The notes beneath the pieces are model-generated. The model was not told the origin of the DNA, did not search any database, and saw only the letters and a program-made list of their open reading frames with translations. A stretch of 20,703 bases of DNA, taken from contig JBFMCE010000071.1 of the NCBI GenBank assembly GCA_040754655.1, positions 1 to 20,703 of the forward strand, written 5' to 3'. A program made the position numbers and the translations under genes. Positions within the stretch are counted from its first letter, which is position 1; every line of letters starts with the position of its first letter. The stretch is from Bdellovibrionota bacterium. GTDB taxonomy: Bacteria > Bdellovibrionota > UBA1018 > UBA923. Shown here one piece after another: positions 6,726-15,225 of the stretch.

Positions 6726-8501
6726 TCATGGCATCGCATAGCGGCCCTTGTAAAAACGCGCGGCGTCCATCATGATCAACGCGTCGAGTGCATACATCGG
6801 GCTCAAGCCCTGGTCAAAAACCAGGTACTTGTAGGCCTCGAGGATCGCCGGAATTTTTTCGGAAGCCACGGAAAGATTGGCCAATTGAGCTGCGGCAGCA
6901 TCGAGGCTTCCACCTGCAAACGCCTCAATTGCATTTTCTCGAATGGTGTAGGCCTCATTCAAATCGACGAAAAGCCCCGTGTCGGTGGTTAAAACGCCGT
7001 CATCAACGTAAATCCCTTTGTCGCGGAGCTTTAAAATGCCCTCCGCGAATTCTTCTTCTGTCATATACAGAAATTCGTTGTTTCCCAACATTGCAGGCTC
7101 GTACGTTTTTTCCAACACTTCTGAGCGCAGTTCAGTTTCGTCGCGTAAAGTCTCAGAAAACTCTTTTATGGCCTGCTGGGAATCCGTTCCTAAGGCGGAA
7201 TCAATGGCTTCAGCCACACCCAAAAGCTTTTTCTCAATGCCGCCGATCTGGCCTTCAAAAACGCTCTTAGACTTGCGCTGCGCAGGATCGACTCCGATCC
7301 GATCCGTAAAGTCAGGATGATCGCAAGAGATGTCATAAAACGGATCTAATTTCCACAACACCCGCTGTTTTGCCACCGCAGACGAAAACTCCTCAGCCAC
7401 GTTTTCGGCCGGATGAATTCTCGAAAAAGACTCGTAGTCCTCATCGTTGTTCAGAGCGGCCATCGCATGCGCGAGAGAGCCGTTGACAGAAAACGGGAAT
7501 CGCCGCGATTCATCGATGCCGAGGAATTTTTCCGCGTTCTGCAATTTGCGTTTTCCCGACTGGATCTCATAAATCACTTTCATCAAACATTCAGCGCCGG
7601 AATATTTGAGTTCAGCAAACCTGTCCCAAAGCCTGTTATTCTCGCCTTGCGCCATTAGAAAGTTCTTCGTCTTTTCTCTGGGATCTTCAGCTGCCGCCGC
7701 GCCACCCTTCTCGGCCACGGCCTTGCTGAGCATTTCCCTGACATCAACGGAGCCAAAGCTTCGAACCATCACATTGCAAGCCTTTTCGCCGTGAGTTCGC
7801 TCAAAGACCTTCCATGTATCGAGCCTATTCTTAGCGATTCGCGAATAAAGTTTGGGCTCTACAAAGAAGGTTTCGTACAGATGGAAGAAATGCGCCTGTT
7901 TTTCTTGCAATCGCTCAAGGTCAAAAGCTTCGCAATAGTCTTCATTCAAGGCATTGAATACCGCGACCTTCTGATTTCCCACTAAAGGATCGTAAAACGG
8001 GGACCGGGTCACTGCTGAACGCGTTTGGGCGTTAACCAAGATGTAATCCTCGATTTTCTCGGGCGCGTTGTTTTGAATCACGATCACGTCAAAGAAATCG
8101 CGAAACGCCTTCATCGACTCGTCTTCTCGTAAAGCGCGAAGTCCCCTGCTCAAACACTCGTATTGAAACACGGCCTTACCTACTTCGGCGGACTCCCGCT
8201 CAGAAAGAACTTGGCCCTGCCTGATGAGCGTCACGCGTTCTTGCAGCTGAAGGTTTGCTCGCATCAAGGTCGTCTCGAGATTGATCCCGTAGGGGTCTGA
8301 TTTCACGGCCGGAAGAGGAAGATCAGGCAAGCACACCCTGGGTTTGGAACTCGAGCATAAAGAAGGAGGCATAAGACGTTCGAGCTCAACCGACGGTTTG
8401 ACGACGAATCTTTCTTGCGCTTCCTGGCCGTCCCCCGCATGAACGATCGGCTCTTCGAATGCCAAGACAAGGCTCAGCAAAAACAAAATACCCTTAATCA
8501 T
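6726..8501 (-). CDS. Hypothetical exported protein, mostly helical
   Basis: 591-aa ORF with strong RBS (AGGGAGGG) and signal peptide MIKGILFLLSLVLA; no family recognised. Confidence 0.75.
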   Translation of the reverse strand: MIKGILFLLSLVLAFEEPIVHAGDGQEAQERFVVKPSVELERLMPPSLCSSSKPRVCLPDLPLPAVKSDPYGINLETTLMRANLQLQERVTLIRQGQVLSERESAEVGKAVFQYECLSRGLRALREDESMKAFRDFFDVIVIQNNAPEKIEDYILVNAQTRSAVTRSPFYDPLVGNQKVAVFNALNEDYCEAFDLERLQEKQAHFFHLYETFFVEPKLYSRIAKNRLDTWKVFERTHGEKACNVMVRSFGSVDVREMLSKAVAEKGGAAAAEDPREKTKNFLMAQGENNRLWDRFAELKYSGAECLMKVIYEIQSGKRKLQNAEKFLGIDESRRFPFSVNGSLAHAMAALNNDEDYESFSRIHPAENVAEEFSSAVAKQRVLWKLDPFYDISCDHPDFTDRIGVDPAQRKSKSVFEGQIGGIEKKLLGVAEAIDSALGTDSQQAIKEFSETLRDETELRSEVLEKTYEPAMLGNNEFLYMTEEEFAEGILKLRDKGIYVDDGVLTTDTGLFVDLNEAYTIRENAIEAFAGGSLDAAAAQLANLSVASEKIPAILEAYKYLVFDQGLSPMYALDALIMMDAARFYKGRYAMP

Positions 8502-8737
8502 CTACCCTCCCTTAAAGCCTGGTCTTTCGACAAACAAGCAGACCTTTGCCTCTACTGTGATTTGAGAGAGAGGTCCAGAAATTACAACGCGAGGCATTAG
8601 ATTACGGATTGCCCACCTGCGGGCATTTTCTACCCACTCTCAGCTACAATCCAACCTAAGCACCCTTATTTAATAGACTAAAAATGTCGAGTAATATGTT
8701 GTCAGATCTTATATACTTATATTGTGGGGACATTAGG

Positions 8738-9643
8738 GTGCGTAAGAGTAACCTAATTTATTTAATCGGGATTTGTGTGGGTCTTGGTGGCTTTGCGTCC
8801 GGATGTAAATCGCCAACTGACTCGACAGACGGCTCGTCTACGGCTTCTGGGGCAAGCTCGCGCTCGAGCACGACGTCGGGTTCGGGAGTTACCTCTTCAA
8901 CTAGTTCCATTTATGCATTCCAAGTCATCACGAAGGCAGGCTCGAGCACCGGTTCATTCGACGGAGCTTCCGTTCCAGCGGGCGGCGGCATCGCGGTTCG
9001 CGCCCAACGCATCTTCGCGCTAGACGGCGGGCTCATCTCATCCGCCAACACGCCGACCTGGTTCAGCGAATCCAGGGTTTTTCTGACCTCAACGCGAACG
9101 GCGGGCACTGCGAATCCGGCCGCACCTTCAACTTCGAATACGCCCTGCGCCTACTTCGACAGTTCGACAACCGATTACAACCCCGACACCAGCGGTTTTT
9201 ACACCATCGATGGCTACAATTCGACGACGACGACCAATGACATCGATCAGTGCGCGGGCGCCAATGCCGCTGAACTCAGCCGTCTCGGCATGTACATCAC
9301 CCTTGATCGCAGGTTCTTGGCTTCCGATGAAAAAATCAACGTCATCATCAAAGCAAAACCAATCGATGCGCCCAATACCGCTCCCACATCCACGAGTTGC
9401 GTCGTGGGCGGCAACTTCGACGCCTCGGCTTGCAGCAACCAGTACTTCGCCGTTTCATTGAGAAGCTCTCCGACAGCGGCGACGAGGCCGTATTACATCT
9501 TGTTCCCGTCGGCCAAGGCGCTTGATCTGCTTTCCGAGTCGGTGCTCATTCCGCTGAAAATTGATGCGAACTTCAATACGATTTCAATCGATCGCGTCAA
9601 GGGCGGGGCGGTGATTTACGGAGTAACGGTCATACGTTTGTGA
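8738..9643 (+). CDS. Putative lipoprotein with a Ser/Thr/Gly linker and an uncharacterised domain shared with the downstream gene
   Basis: ORF from 8684; the in-frame GTG at 8738 has GGGGA 7 nt upstream and gives MRKSNLIYLIGICVGLGGFASG-C (lipobox-like Cys codon 8804-8806), followed by an S/T-rich tether. Confidence 0.8.
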   Translation: MRKSNLIYLIGICVGLGGFASGCKSPTDSTDGSSTASGASSRSSTTSGSGVTSSTSSIYAFQVITKAGSSTGSFDGASVPAGGGIAVRAQRIFALDGGLISSANTPTWFSESRVFLTSTRTAGTANPAAPSTSNTPCAYFDSSTTDYNPDTSGFYTIDGYNSTTTTNDIDQCAGANAAELSRLGMYITLDRRFLASDEKINVIIKAKPIDAPNTAPTSTSCVVGGNFDASACSNQYFAVSLRSSPTAATRPYYILFPSAKALDLLSESVLIPLKIDANFNTISIDRVKGGAVIYGVTVIRL

Positions 9644-9657
9644 TGGAGAATTAAGAC

Positions 9658-12600
9658 GTGAACCTTTATATCGAGAAATACTGTATCTGTGGTTTTCTCG
9701 GGCTAGCTCTCTTGTTGAGCAGTTGCAAGGATTCGGCTCCCGTTCCGGTGGCCACTTTGGCCGAAAGCGCCAGATCCGGAGCTCGCGGACCCGCTGGCAG
9801 CTCATCCGCGCCTTCGGTGGAAGCGTTCACTTCGGCCAACTCGGTGAAGGTCGCCTTCAATAAGAAAAGTTTTTACAACAACCATTTTCCCAATTCGAGC
9901 GGATGCGCGGGCGACGCGAGAAAGTACTTCGACCCCATGACCGACCGTGAAGTGCCGGTCAAACCAGAGTGGCTGAAAAACATCGCCGTTGAACTCACAA
10001 ATAGCAACGCCCTCTATGGCCCCAGCCAAAGCTCGTCGTGTTCGCTCACCGGGGTCTCAGCTCCCCAAGCCGCGAACTGCGCAAGCTTTGATGACCTGCA
10101 ACCCACGACGGGTCGCGGTTCACGATCGATCCTGATCGGCGGCCAAGGCTGCGGAGATCCAAGCAGCTCGGGCTGCTATGCCGATGCCATGAACTATGAC
10201 GTTTGGGCCCTTTCCACGAGCGACATTTCAACTTCGATCAGTTGGTCAAAACAGACCACCTCTTTGGCGCTGACGAACCCGGTGACCGCCAACGTCTCTC
10301 GCAGCATCGCGTGGGCGGGCGGCGACTACGATCCTCTTCACGATCAATATTACCTCTATGGCGGAGTGAATTACGGCGTGGTGGGCGGAGTCGCTTCAAC
10401 GCGGGGTTTTTCAGATCAAATCATCAAGATCCAATTCGGCGCTGACGGATCTGCCGAAACTACGGCAACCATTCCAGTTCCCTCGAGCAGGCAATACTAC
10501 GCAGGTTGGGCAAAACCCGATGGCGCAAAAGCCTTCTACAGCGCACTCAGCGACCCCACTGCTGACGAAGCAGGCGCCTCGCAGTTCGCGCCTCGACCGC
10601 TTGCAGGCCCCACGTTTACTTTTGGTCTCCGCCGCGATGCCACTTTCAAATCGTACTGCAAAGAAGGAGACGTGCTCACCGGCAGTGGACCTGCCCAAAA
10701 TTGTGAGAGCTCGGAGTTTGGAAGCCTTGATCGCGCGCTTGTTGCTACAAACGAACACTCCGATTACTTCTTGCTCTTAGGCGGCTTGAAAAACTCAGAC
10801 GGACTTTTTTCAAACCGTGTTTACCTTTACAAGCCCCATGGCCTTTCAAACGATATCGGGGATGGCAACACCACGACCTTCGAAACCGGACGCGAGGGAG
10901 ACTGGACCCTCTTAAGCAACGTGACAAATCCCGCGCATTCGACCGACGTTTCAAACGAAGTCATGTCGATCGTCGACATCTCATACGATTCAAGCCAAAC
11001 CTACCCCTTTGTTCCTACGTTTGTCGGAGGCCAAAGGCCTGCGGCGCTTGGCGGCGATACTTTTCGAGGCTGGCTAGGAAGAGGTTTTCACCGCACGGTT
11101 TACGATCCGGCGATGAATCGATTCTATATTTTTGGAGGCCTTCAAAATGACGGAGCTTCTGCAGGCGCTCCAGTTTCAGCGGTCACCGGCGTGGGCGCTC
11201 CAGCCACTCCGGATCTCGCGGCAAATGACGTATGGATTTACGATCCTCCCGCTCTTGGGCGCAGACCCACGGCTGGATGTTTCACCCGGTTTACTCCTGA
11301 TCTTGAGACGCTTCCAGCCAATACCGGAAGCGGCACAAACCTCGGCGTCATGGGCGCATACTTGAATCTGGGCGTGAACCGCAACTACACTTCTGCTCCA
11401 TTCGTGTTCCCTCCGGGAGGATGCCTTCAACGCATCCAACACACGACCGCGCCTGAAGCCCGCTTCGAGCACTCGATGGCGTTTGATCGCGATCACCGCG
11501 CTATGGTTGTTTTTGGCGGTTGCAAAACCCCTAATCTGATCTCGGCCGCGACCGGATTGTTTGATCTCACCGGAGACCCCACCACGAGCTGCAACAGCTC
11601 TTCGGCCTTATTGAGCGATACTTGGCTTTACCTGCCTCCGACCACCACCGAGTTTGTCTCAAAAGATTATCGAACAACCGCAGTAAGTCCGTACAATGCA
11701 TCCACACTTTTAGCGAATGTCTTTGGAATTGATCCTTGGCTCGACCGACTTCCAATCTATAGCGCTTCGAACAATCCGTCGTATCCGGCCCTCACTCAGC
11801 CCGAGTCTCATCAAGTGCTCGGCACTTGGGTTCGCATGTATCCGCCCGGTGATAAACCCAGCCCACGCGTCGGAGGCTCGCTGGTTTACGACCGAGGCCG
11901 CGGAAAATTTTATCTCTTCGGGGGCTACGGGTGCACGAACACTTCCTGCACGGGAAGCCCCACGACTCAAGCGCTCAATGACCTCTGGGAATACACTCCT
12001 CCTGAGATCGAGTCCGAGTGCGATCGCAGCTCTGGCGTTTGCATCAGAGCCGACGGCGCTTATTCATATGGTTCATGGAGGCAGATCCGCGCAAACAACG
12101 TCGCTTCAAACGGATTGCAGCCCTCGGTCAGGCGCGGCGCCACCATGGCTTACGCTCAACCGACATTCTCTTACGGCGATGATTTTTACACCGTGACCGA
12201 CACCGCGTGTTTCAATCAAGGACCGATCTCAACCGGCGACAGCGCCGTGAATAAGAAGCACGTCGGCGCCATCTATATTGACGTCGATCGAAATGAACTC
12301 GACTCAAGCGAGAACTTGCTTGTGCACCTGAGGCTTCTGCCATTCGATGAAAATACGAGGTTGCCGGCGCTCTACAACAACAACACCACATACACGACCT
12401 TTGATGACACCGATGCGGCGTCGACAACCGACTCCGCAAAGATCCACGTCCAATTGCTTTCGAGCGCCGTGAGGTTCATCGACCAGATCTTCAGCTTGAT
12501 CCAACCTCGGTACCATGAGTTCCTCTCAGGCACCCCGATCGTAGCCGACAGCTTCACCTATATTGCAGGCGCTAATGGACAGATCACTGAAAAACAGATC

Positions 12601-12699
12601 CTCATTCCCCTCAAGATCGACTCCTCGATCAACTTAATCAAGATCGAGCGTATCGAGGGATCAGTTAAATTTTATGAAATGACCGTATCGAAATTTTAA
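9658..12699 (+). CDS. Large putative lipoprotein with a six-blade Kelch-type beta-propeller
   Basis: 1013 aa, GTG start with GGAG at 9645-9648, lipobox LLSS-C. Kelch signatures (hydrophobic-GG...Y/W): SILIGG, YYLYGG, FLLLGG, FYIFGG...NDVWIYD, MVVFGG...DTWLY and FYLFGG...NDLWEY. Confidence 0.88.
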   Translation: MNLYIEKYCICGFLGLALLLSSCKDSAPVPVATLAESARSGARGPAGSSSAPSVEAFTSANSVKVAFNKKSFYNNHFPNSSGCAGDARKYFDPMTDREVPVKPEWLKNIAVELTNSNALYGPSQSSSCSLTGVSAPQAANCASFDDLQPTTGRGSRSILIGGQGCGDPSSSGCYADAMNYDVWALSTSDISTSISWSKQTTSLALTNPVTANVSRSIAWAGGDYDPLHDQYYLYGGVNYGVVGGVASTRGFSDQIIKIQFGADGSAETTATIPVPSSRQYYAGWAKPDGAKAFYSALSDPTADEAGASQFAPRPLAGPTFTFGLRRDATFKSYCKEGDVLTGSGPAQNCESSEFGSLDRALVATNEHSDYFLLLGGLKNSDGLFSNRVYLYKPHGLSNDIGDGNTTTFETGREGDWTLLSNVTNPAHSTDVSNEVMSIVDISYDSSQTYPFVPTFVGGQRPAALGGDTFRGWLGRGFHRTVYDPAMNRFYIFGGLQNDGASAGAPVSAVTGVGAPATPDLAANDVWIYDPPALGRRPTAGCFTRFTPDLETLPANTGSGTNLGVMGAYLNLGVNRNYTSAPFVFPPGGCLQRIQHTTAPEARFEHSMAFDRDHRAMVVFGGCKTPNLISAATGLFDLTGDPTTSCNSSSALLSDTWLYLPPTTTEFVSKDYRTTAVSPYNASTLLANVFGIDPWLDRLPIYSASNNPSYPALTQPESHQVLGTWVRMYPPGDKPSPRVGGSLVYDRGRGKFYLFGGYGCTNTSCTGSPTTQALNDLWEYTPPEIESECDRSSGVCIRADGAYSYGSWRQIRANNVASNGLQPSVRRGATMAYAQPTFSYGDDFYTVTDTACFNQGPISTGDSAVNKKHVGAIYIDVDRNELDSSENLLVHLRLLPFDENTRLPALYNNNTTYTTFDDTDAASTTDSAKIHVQLLSSAVRFIDQIFSLIQPRYHEFLSGTPIVADSFTYIAGANGQITEKQILIPLKIDSSINLIKIERIEGSVKFYEMTVSKF

Positions 12700-12809
12700 C
12701 CAGCGCGGATTTCAAAGCCTTCCGCCAGGCCGACGCGCCAGCGGCGTTCGTTGCAGGCAAGTTTTACCCATCGCGCAACTTATTAAATTAAAAGAGTTTA
12801 TATATTACG

Positions 12810-12857
12810 GTGCGTCAAAAAGACACACTGCCGTGAATTTGCGCCGTGTCATAAAAT
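12810..12857 (+). promoter_or_regulatory. Inverted repeat abutting a weak -35 and a TAAAAT -10, upstream of the 146-aa gene
   Basis: GTGCGTC-AAAAA-GACACAC (6/7 dyad, 12810-12828), immediately followed by TGCCGT-N17-TAAAAT. Confidence 0.35.
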
Positions 12858-12898
12858 AGAGCCACAGAGTCACAAGTAGGACGTTTTGGAGGATTCAG

Positions 12899-13339
12899 AT
12901 GTTTACCAAGAATTTCAAAACTTATTCGAGGGTCTTGACGGCGATTTTAACCGCAGCCCTGCTTTCTTCCGGTCTATCGTGGGGATCGGAAAGCGGTGAC
13001 CCGCAGCAATCGAAGAAGAAAAATGCGGGCCGCAAGATCGCAAGCCACTCACCGGCTGAGGCGCTTGATCTTTCGGGCCAAGGAGAGTCGATGGCCAGGT
13101 CTCTCACGAAACCCTCACCAGAATTCTTAAAGATCGGCCGAAAACCGGCGCGGGCAACGAACATGCGCATCGATGGAGTCTGCCGAGACAGTTACGGTTT
13201 CATCTACACCAGCTTAGACAAGGGCTATGTGAATTGCCTTGAATCGGCGACACGAACCTCAAGCGGCGCCTCGGTGAACGATTACTTCGGCTCGGCTCAA
13301 CGCCAGACGGGTTTGGGGCTGCTCTTGAGCAACTGGTGA
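12899..13339 (+). CDS. Small exported hypothetical protein with a Cys pair
   Basis: 146 aa, strong RBS GGAGG, signal-like segment VLTAILTAALLSSGLSWG, and motif CRDSYGFIYTSLDKGYVNCL. Confidence 0.75.
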   Translation: MFTKNFKTYSRVLTAILTAALLSSGLSWGSESGDPQQSKKKNAGRKIASHSPAEALDLSGQGESMARSLTKPSPEFLKIGRKPARATNMRIDGVCRDSYGFIYTSLDKGYVNCLESATRTSSGASVNDYFGSAQRQTGLGLLLSNW

Positions 13340-13461
13340 GGTGCATCAACACGCTCATGCGCCTTGCTCGGCTTAGGGGATCGAGTGCAAAGCAAGCGTT
13401 CAGAGCGACAAGGTTTTCAGGGAATTGGGATTTTGATCGAACCAAAAGGGGGAAATAAACA

Positions 13462-13749
13462 ATGTCACGAAAAAATAAATTTGATTTACGCCATCTCGTT
13501 CATTCCGGATTCATCAAAGACGGTGAGACGCTTTTCTTCGTCAGCGATCCCGCGAAAAAAGTCGTTGTGACCAAACAACCCAATGGCGACTTCAAAGTGA
13601 AGCTCGACGATGAGTTGATCACCGTGCACGCAGCCGCCCAGAAGTTCTTAGGCCAAGAGCCACCCGACCACGCGTCTCGTTGGTTGCGCAACGCCTCTGG
13701 TCAAACGCTTTACCAACTTTGGCAGGATGAATTCCAAGAAGCGGCTTAA
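13462..13749 (+). CDS. Stand-alone RAMA-like (restriction enzyme adenine methylase-associated) domain protein
   Basis: 95 aa, RBS AGGGGG. The pattern LRHLVHSGFIKDGETL...V...NGDF...AAA...W....GQTLYQL resembles RAMA domains. The CDS call is solid; the family call is tentative. Confidence 0.6.
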   Translation: MSRKNKFDLRHLVHSGFIKDGETLFFVSDPAKKVVVTKQPNGDFKVKLDDELITVHAAAQKFLGQEPPDHASRWLRNASGQTLYQLWQDEFQEAA

Positions 13750-15146
13750 AGCGCCCCGCCAAAATCCGCGTAGAAATGAATCATACTGCGAATCGCGCTC
13801 TCGAAATCAGAGAGCAGCATGCTCTCATTCTCGGAATGGGCATTCGTATAAGGGTCTTCCACGCCGATCAAAAGCGCTGGCGCACCGCCTAGGGCCTTTG
13901 AAAAAGGCTCTACAAAAGGAATCGTGCCACCACAGCCCATCAGAACGGGCTTTCGGCCATAGCCCTTTTCAAGGGCCCTTTGAGCAGCCTCGAAAGCAGG
14001 ACCCTGCGCGCGCGTTCCCCACGCCGGAGCGCCATCATCCTTCTTGAAGTGCAATTCCACTCCCCATGGCGCGACTCGCTTCAAATGTTCAGTGATAAGC
14101 CTATAAGTCTTTTCAGGATCCATGTCAGGCACGAGCCGAATGCCGACTTTCGCCCAGGCAGAATCATTGATGATGTTGGCTGCGCCTTTTCTCGAACTTG
14201 CCGAGATCGCATTGATCACGAGCGAAGGTTCTCGCCACATCTGTTGCAGCGGCTTCACTTGCCCGTCTCGCGCTGGCAGAAGGCGTGTATTGGGCAAAAG
14301 CGAAGCCTGCCTTCGAAACTCAGCCAGATCAAACGGCAATTCGGCCATTGCCTTCTCTTCATCAGTGGTCACAGATCTCACCTGTTCCCAGATCCCCGCC
14401 ACCTGAATTCGACCTTCCGCATCCGTAAGGGTTGAGAGCATTTTGCTCAGAGCCATCACAGGATCCGCGACGGGCCCTCCCCACATCCCGGAATGCATCG
14501 ATTTTTGATGCGCGCGCACCTCGATTTCAAAAGCCACTAGTCCCCGTAAAGACACGGTGAGCGCCGGCAGTCCGGCATCGTAGTTCTGGGTGTCGGTGAG
14601 AACCATCGCATCAGCCTTAAGCCGGTCTTTGTAGCGCTCTAAAAATTTCGAAAGATGCGTTGAGCCAATCTCTTCTTCTCCTTCGATGACCACCCTCACA
14701 TTGACTGGCAGCTTGCCCGAACTTTCAAGGTAACTCGCGATCGTAGCCGTGTGGATGATGATACCCGCCTTATCATCAGCGGTGCCTCGGCCAAACAGTC
14801 TTCCATCTCTTTCCGTGGGTTCAAACGGAGGGGTCTTCCAAAGCTCTTCACGCCCAACGGGCTGCACATCGTGGTGGGCATAAAGCAAAAGTGTTGGTTT
14901 ACCAGGGGCGTGGAGCCAATCCCCGTAAACATAAGGGTGCGCACCGTCGACCTCTAGGATCTGCACGTTCTCAAGCCCCCGCTTTCGCATGAGCTCTGCC
15001 ACACTCGTAGCCGAACGCCTTACGTTCTCGGGTGAAAATCCATCAAAACTGATGCTTGGGATTCGAACCAGGTTCTTCAAGTCTTCAAGATGAATGTTTT
15101 TCCCAGAATCGTAGCGCTTTAGGGCCTCTTGTAAAATAGGTGGCAT
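13746..15146 (-). CDS. M20 family metallo-dipeptidase (ArgE/DapE superfamily, Dug1/CNDP-like)
   Basis: Metal-binding and catalytic motifs LYAHHDVQP, GRGTADDK, EGEEEIGS, HSGMWGG, GGTIP and NAHSENE; RBS AAGAGGAG. The stop overlaps the convergent gene's stop by 4 bp (TTAA). Confidence 0.95.
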   Translation of the reverse strand: MPPILQEALKRYDSGKNIHLEDLKNLVRIPSISFDGFSPENVRRSATSVAELMRKRGLENVQILEVDGAHPYVYGDWLHAPGKPTLLLYAHHDVQPVGREELWKTPPFEPTERDGRLFGRGTADDKAGIIIHTATIASYLESSGKLPVNVRVVIEGEEEIGSTHLSKFLERYKDRLKADAMVLTDTQNYDAGLPALTVSLRGLVAFEIEVRAHQKSMHSGMWGGPVADPVMALSKMLSTLTDAEGRIQVAGIWEQVRSVTTDEEKAMAELPFDLAEFRRQASLLPNTRLLPARDGQVKPLQQMWREPSLVINAISASSRKGAANIINDSAWAKVGIRLVPDMDPEKTYRLITEHLKRVAPWGVELHFKKDDGAPAWGTRAQGPAFEAAQRALEKGYGRKPVLMGCGGTIPFVEPFSKALGGAPALLIGVEDPYTNAHSENESMLLSDFESAIRSMIHFYADFGGAL

Positions 15147-15178
15147 GGTGTGGTGACTCCTCTTAAAACTTCAGAGGC

Positions 15179-15206
15179 ACTTTAGCGTTCTGCCACGACA
15201 TGTCAA
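15179..15206 (-). promoter_or_regulatory. Putative sigma70 promoter of the M20 dipeptidase
   Basis: Minus strand reads TTGACA-N16-TAAAGT, nearly the same layout as the flbD promoter (TTGACA-N14-GCTAAA[C/G]T). Confidence 0.6.
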
Positions 15207-15225
15207 GCCATCTTCAATTCGGAAC

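Noticed and set aside
8522..8550. Sigma28-like promoter (CAAAG...GTCGAAAG) upstream of the 591-aa gene, and ACCGATAA upstream of tatA
   Set aside because: Spacing or the -35 element does not fit TAAA-N15-GCCGATAA; too weak to call.
8610..8688. Short dyads TGCCC-N6-GGGCA and GAC-TAAAAAT-GTC upstream of the lipoprotein operon
   Set aside because: Arms of 3-5 bp are expected by chance, and there is no independent support.
8807..8910. Repeat-like Ser/Thr/Gly stretch
   Set aside because: An ordinary low-complexity lipoprotein tether with no nucleotide-level tandem repeat.
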